64,000 nucleotides of DNA from Octopus sinensis (lineage: Eukaryota), in assembly GCF_006345805.1 (NCBI RefSeq), contig NC_043025.1:8246001-8310000 (forward strand), written 5' to 3'. The position numbers and the translations under genes are program-made. Each line of letters begins with the position of its first letter. The stretch's first letter is position 1. This document shows, piece by piece, positions 62,141 to 64,000 of this stretch. The notes under the pieces were generated by a model, which saw only the letters and a program-made list of their open reading frames with translations, ran no database searches and was not told where the DNA came from.

Positions 62141-62849
62141 GTTGTCCTGAGTAGGACTCTAAAGTGTAGTGGGACTCTCTTTTGGAAGTTTCAGGATTTT
62201 GAGGAGTGTGGAACCACACCTTAGCCATTGTTGCCCCCAGGTCTGTTCTAACTCAAACCAGTAGCCCCTGTCTGGATCTCAGCTATGGGTTAATTAGCAT
62301 ATCATGGAATTACTTCTAGAAGTAAGCCACACACAGTGATACCCCCAACAGACTCAAAACAGATTAACCCCTTCAGCTCTTTAGCTGCTCACCACCACCA
62401 CCATCACTACTACTATTACTTCTACTACTACCTCTACCATCACTACCACTATTCTACTACTACCTCTACCACCACTACTAGTATTAATACCTATTTCTTT
62501 ACTACCCACAAGGGGCTACACACAGAGGGGACAAACAAGGACAGACAAACGGATTAAGTCGATTATATCGACCCCAGTGCGTAACTGGTACTTATTTAAT
62601 CGACCCCGAAAGACACCACCACCAGCCGTTCAAGAATTTGGACCTGGAGATCTCAATTTCCAGCGACTTCGAGGGCCACCTCCCAGTGGTGTCGGGTGTC
62701 CTCAACTACAACAAAATGACCAAAGTTTCTTTTTTTCAAAGGTCTGGGGTCTCCCGCCCCTAAGCCCTAGATCATCGCCTAATCACCCTTACCCGTCTTG
62801 TTGCTTAACATCAAGACACCAGCACCAACACCAACATCATCACCATCAC

Positions 62850-63916
62850 TACCACTATTCTACTACTACCTCTGCCACCACTACTAGTATTAATACCACC
62901 ACTACCACCACCACCGTCACTACCACTATTACTTCTACTACCACCAACACCATCACTACCACTATTCTACTACTACCTCTGCCACAACTACTAGTATTAA
63001 TACCACCACTACCACCACCACCGTCACTACCACTATTACTTCTACTACCACCAACACCATCACTACCACTATTCTACTACTACCTCTGCCACCACTACTA
63101 GTATTAATACCACCACAACCACCACCACCATCACTACCACTATTACTTCTACTACCACCACCATCACTACCACTATTCTACTACTACCTCTGCCACCACT
63201 ACTAGTATTAATACCACCACAACCACCACCACCATCACTACCACTATTCTACTACTACCTCTGCCACAACTACTAGTATTAATACCACCACTACCACCAC
63301 CACCGTCACTACCACTATTACTTCTACTACCACCACCACCATCACTACCACTATTCTACTACTACCTCTGCCACAACTACTAGTATTAATACCACCACTA
63401 CCACCACCACCACCACCATCACTACCACTATTACTTCTACTACCACCACCACCACCATCACTACCACTATTACTTCTACTACCACCACCACCATCACTAC
63501 CACTATTACTTCTACTACCACCACCACCATCACTACCACTATTACTTCTACTACCACCACCACCATCACTACCACTATTACTTCTACTACCACCACCACC
63601 ACCATCACTACCACTATTACTTCTACTACCACCACCACCATCACTACCACTATTCTACTACTACCTCTGCCACCACTACTAGTATTAATACCACCACTAC
63701 CACCACCACCGTCACTACCACTATTACTTCTACTACCACCACCACGTCACTACCACTATTACTTCTACTACCACCACCACCATCACTACCACTATTACTT
63801 CTACTACTACCACCACCATCACTACCACTATTCTACTACTACCTCTGCCACCACTACTAGTATTAATACCACTACTACCACCACCACCACCACAACTACT
63901 ACTACTACTACTACTA
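62850..63916. repeat. (ACC/ACT)-based ~36-bp minisatellite ending just before the TAT acceptor
   Basis: Unit ccaccaccaccatcactaccactattacttctacta and variants. Confidence 0.93.
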
Positions 63917-63944
63917 TAACATTTGCCTTCTCGTTCTTTCCCAG

Positions 63945-64000
63945 GTGACCCAACAGTCTATGGCAACATGTGTCTACCTCAAGTGGCAGAGGATGCTGTG
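63945..64000 (+). CDS. TAT: Tyrosine aminotransferase, next coding exon, truncated by window end ((G)DPTVYGNMCLPQVAEDAV)
   Basis: Acceptor ttctcgttctttcccag| at 63944. G+GT restores Gly, giving IG-DPTVYGN, matching the conserved TAT motif IGDPTVFGN; frame is compatible with the previous exon. Confidence 0.93.
   Translation, partial: MTQQSMATCVYLKWQRML

Larger units (their letters stand above)
48018..63944 (+). other. TAT: TAT phase-1 intron, 15,927 bp, GT-AG
   Basis: GTAAGT donor and CCAG acceptor join two exons into a contiguous TAT motif; no other TAT-like coding sequence seen between them. Confidence 0.88.

Noticed and set aside
59298-62230. Many long MYVC/HTYI ORFs (likewise 31564-32355, 42219-43217, 16913-17435, 10444-11145)
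   Set aside because: Artefacts of stop-free microsatellites.

Overview
Eukaryotic, extremely repeat-rich genomic DNA with one 100-N gap. The SINE families, microsatellite load and a mollusc-type mitochondrial ND1 insertion point to Octopus (inferred, not database-checked). The only confidently recognisable host gene is tyrosine aminotransferase (TAT, + strand): first coding exon 47882-48017, a 15.9-kb phase-1 intron, and the start of the next exon at 63945-64000. The rest is a mosaic of four to five tRNA-derived SINE families, RTE and CR1/L2 LINE 3' fragments, non-autonomous Helitrons (one head-to-tail pair), a Tigger/pogo transposase relic split by a SINE and a Merlin-like MITE, a Tc1-like MITE, an ND1 NUMT, and large micro/minisatellites. 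The most notable pattern is about ten type I hammerhead-ribozyme-like motifs of several sequence families (Penelope/retrozyme-like), several embedded in fold-back palindromes. One perfect 141-bp palindrome (31229-31369) encodes a near-complete hammerhead on each strand. Also notable are head-to-tail SINE multimers with a recurrent junction and a SINE carrying an internal VNTR. Coordinates of degenerate repeats are approximate (about +/-10-20 bp); family labels A-F are my own.
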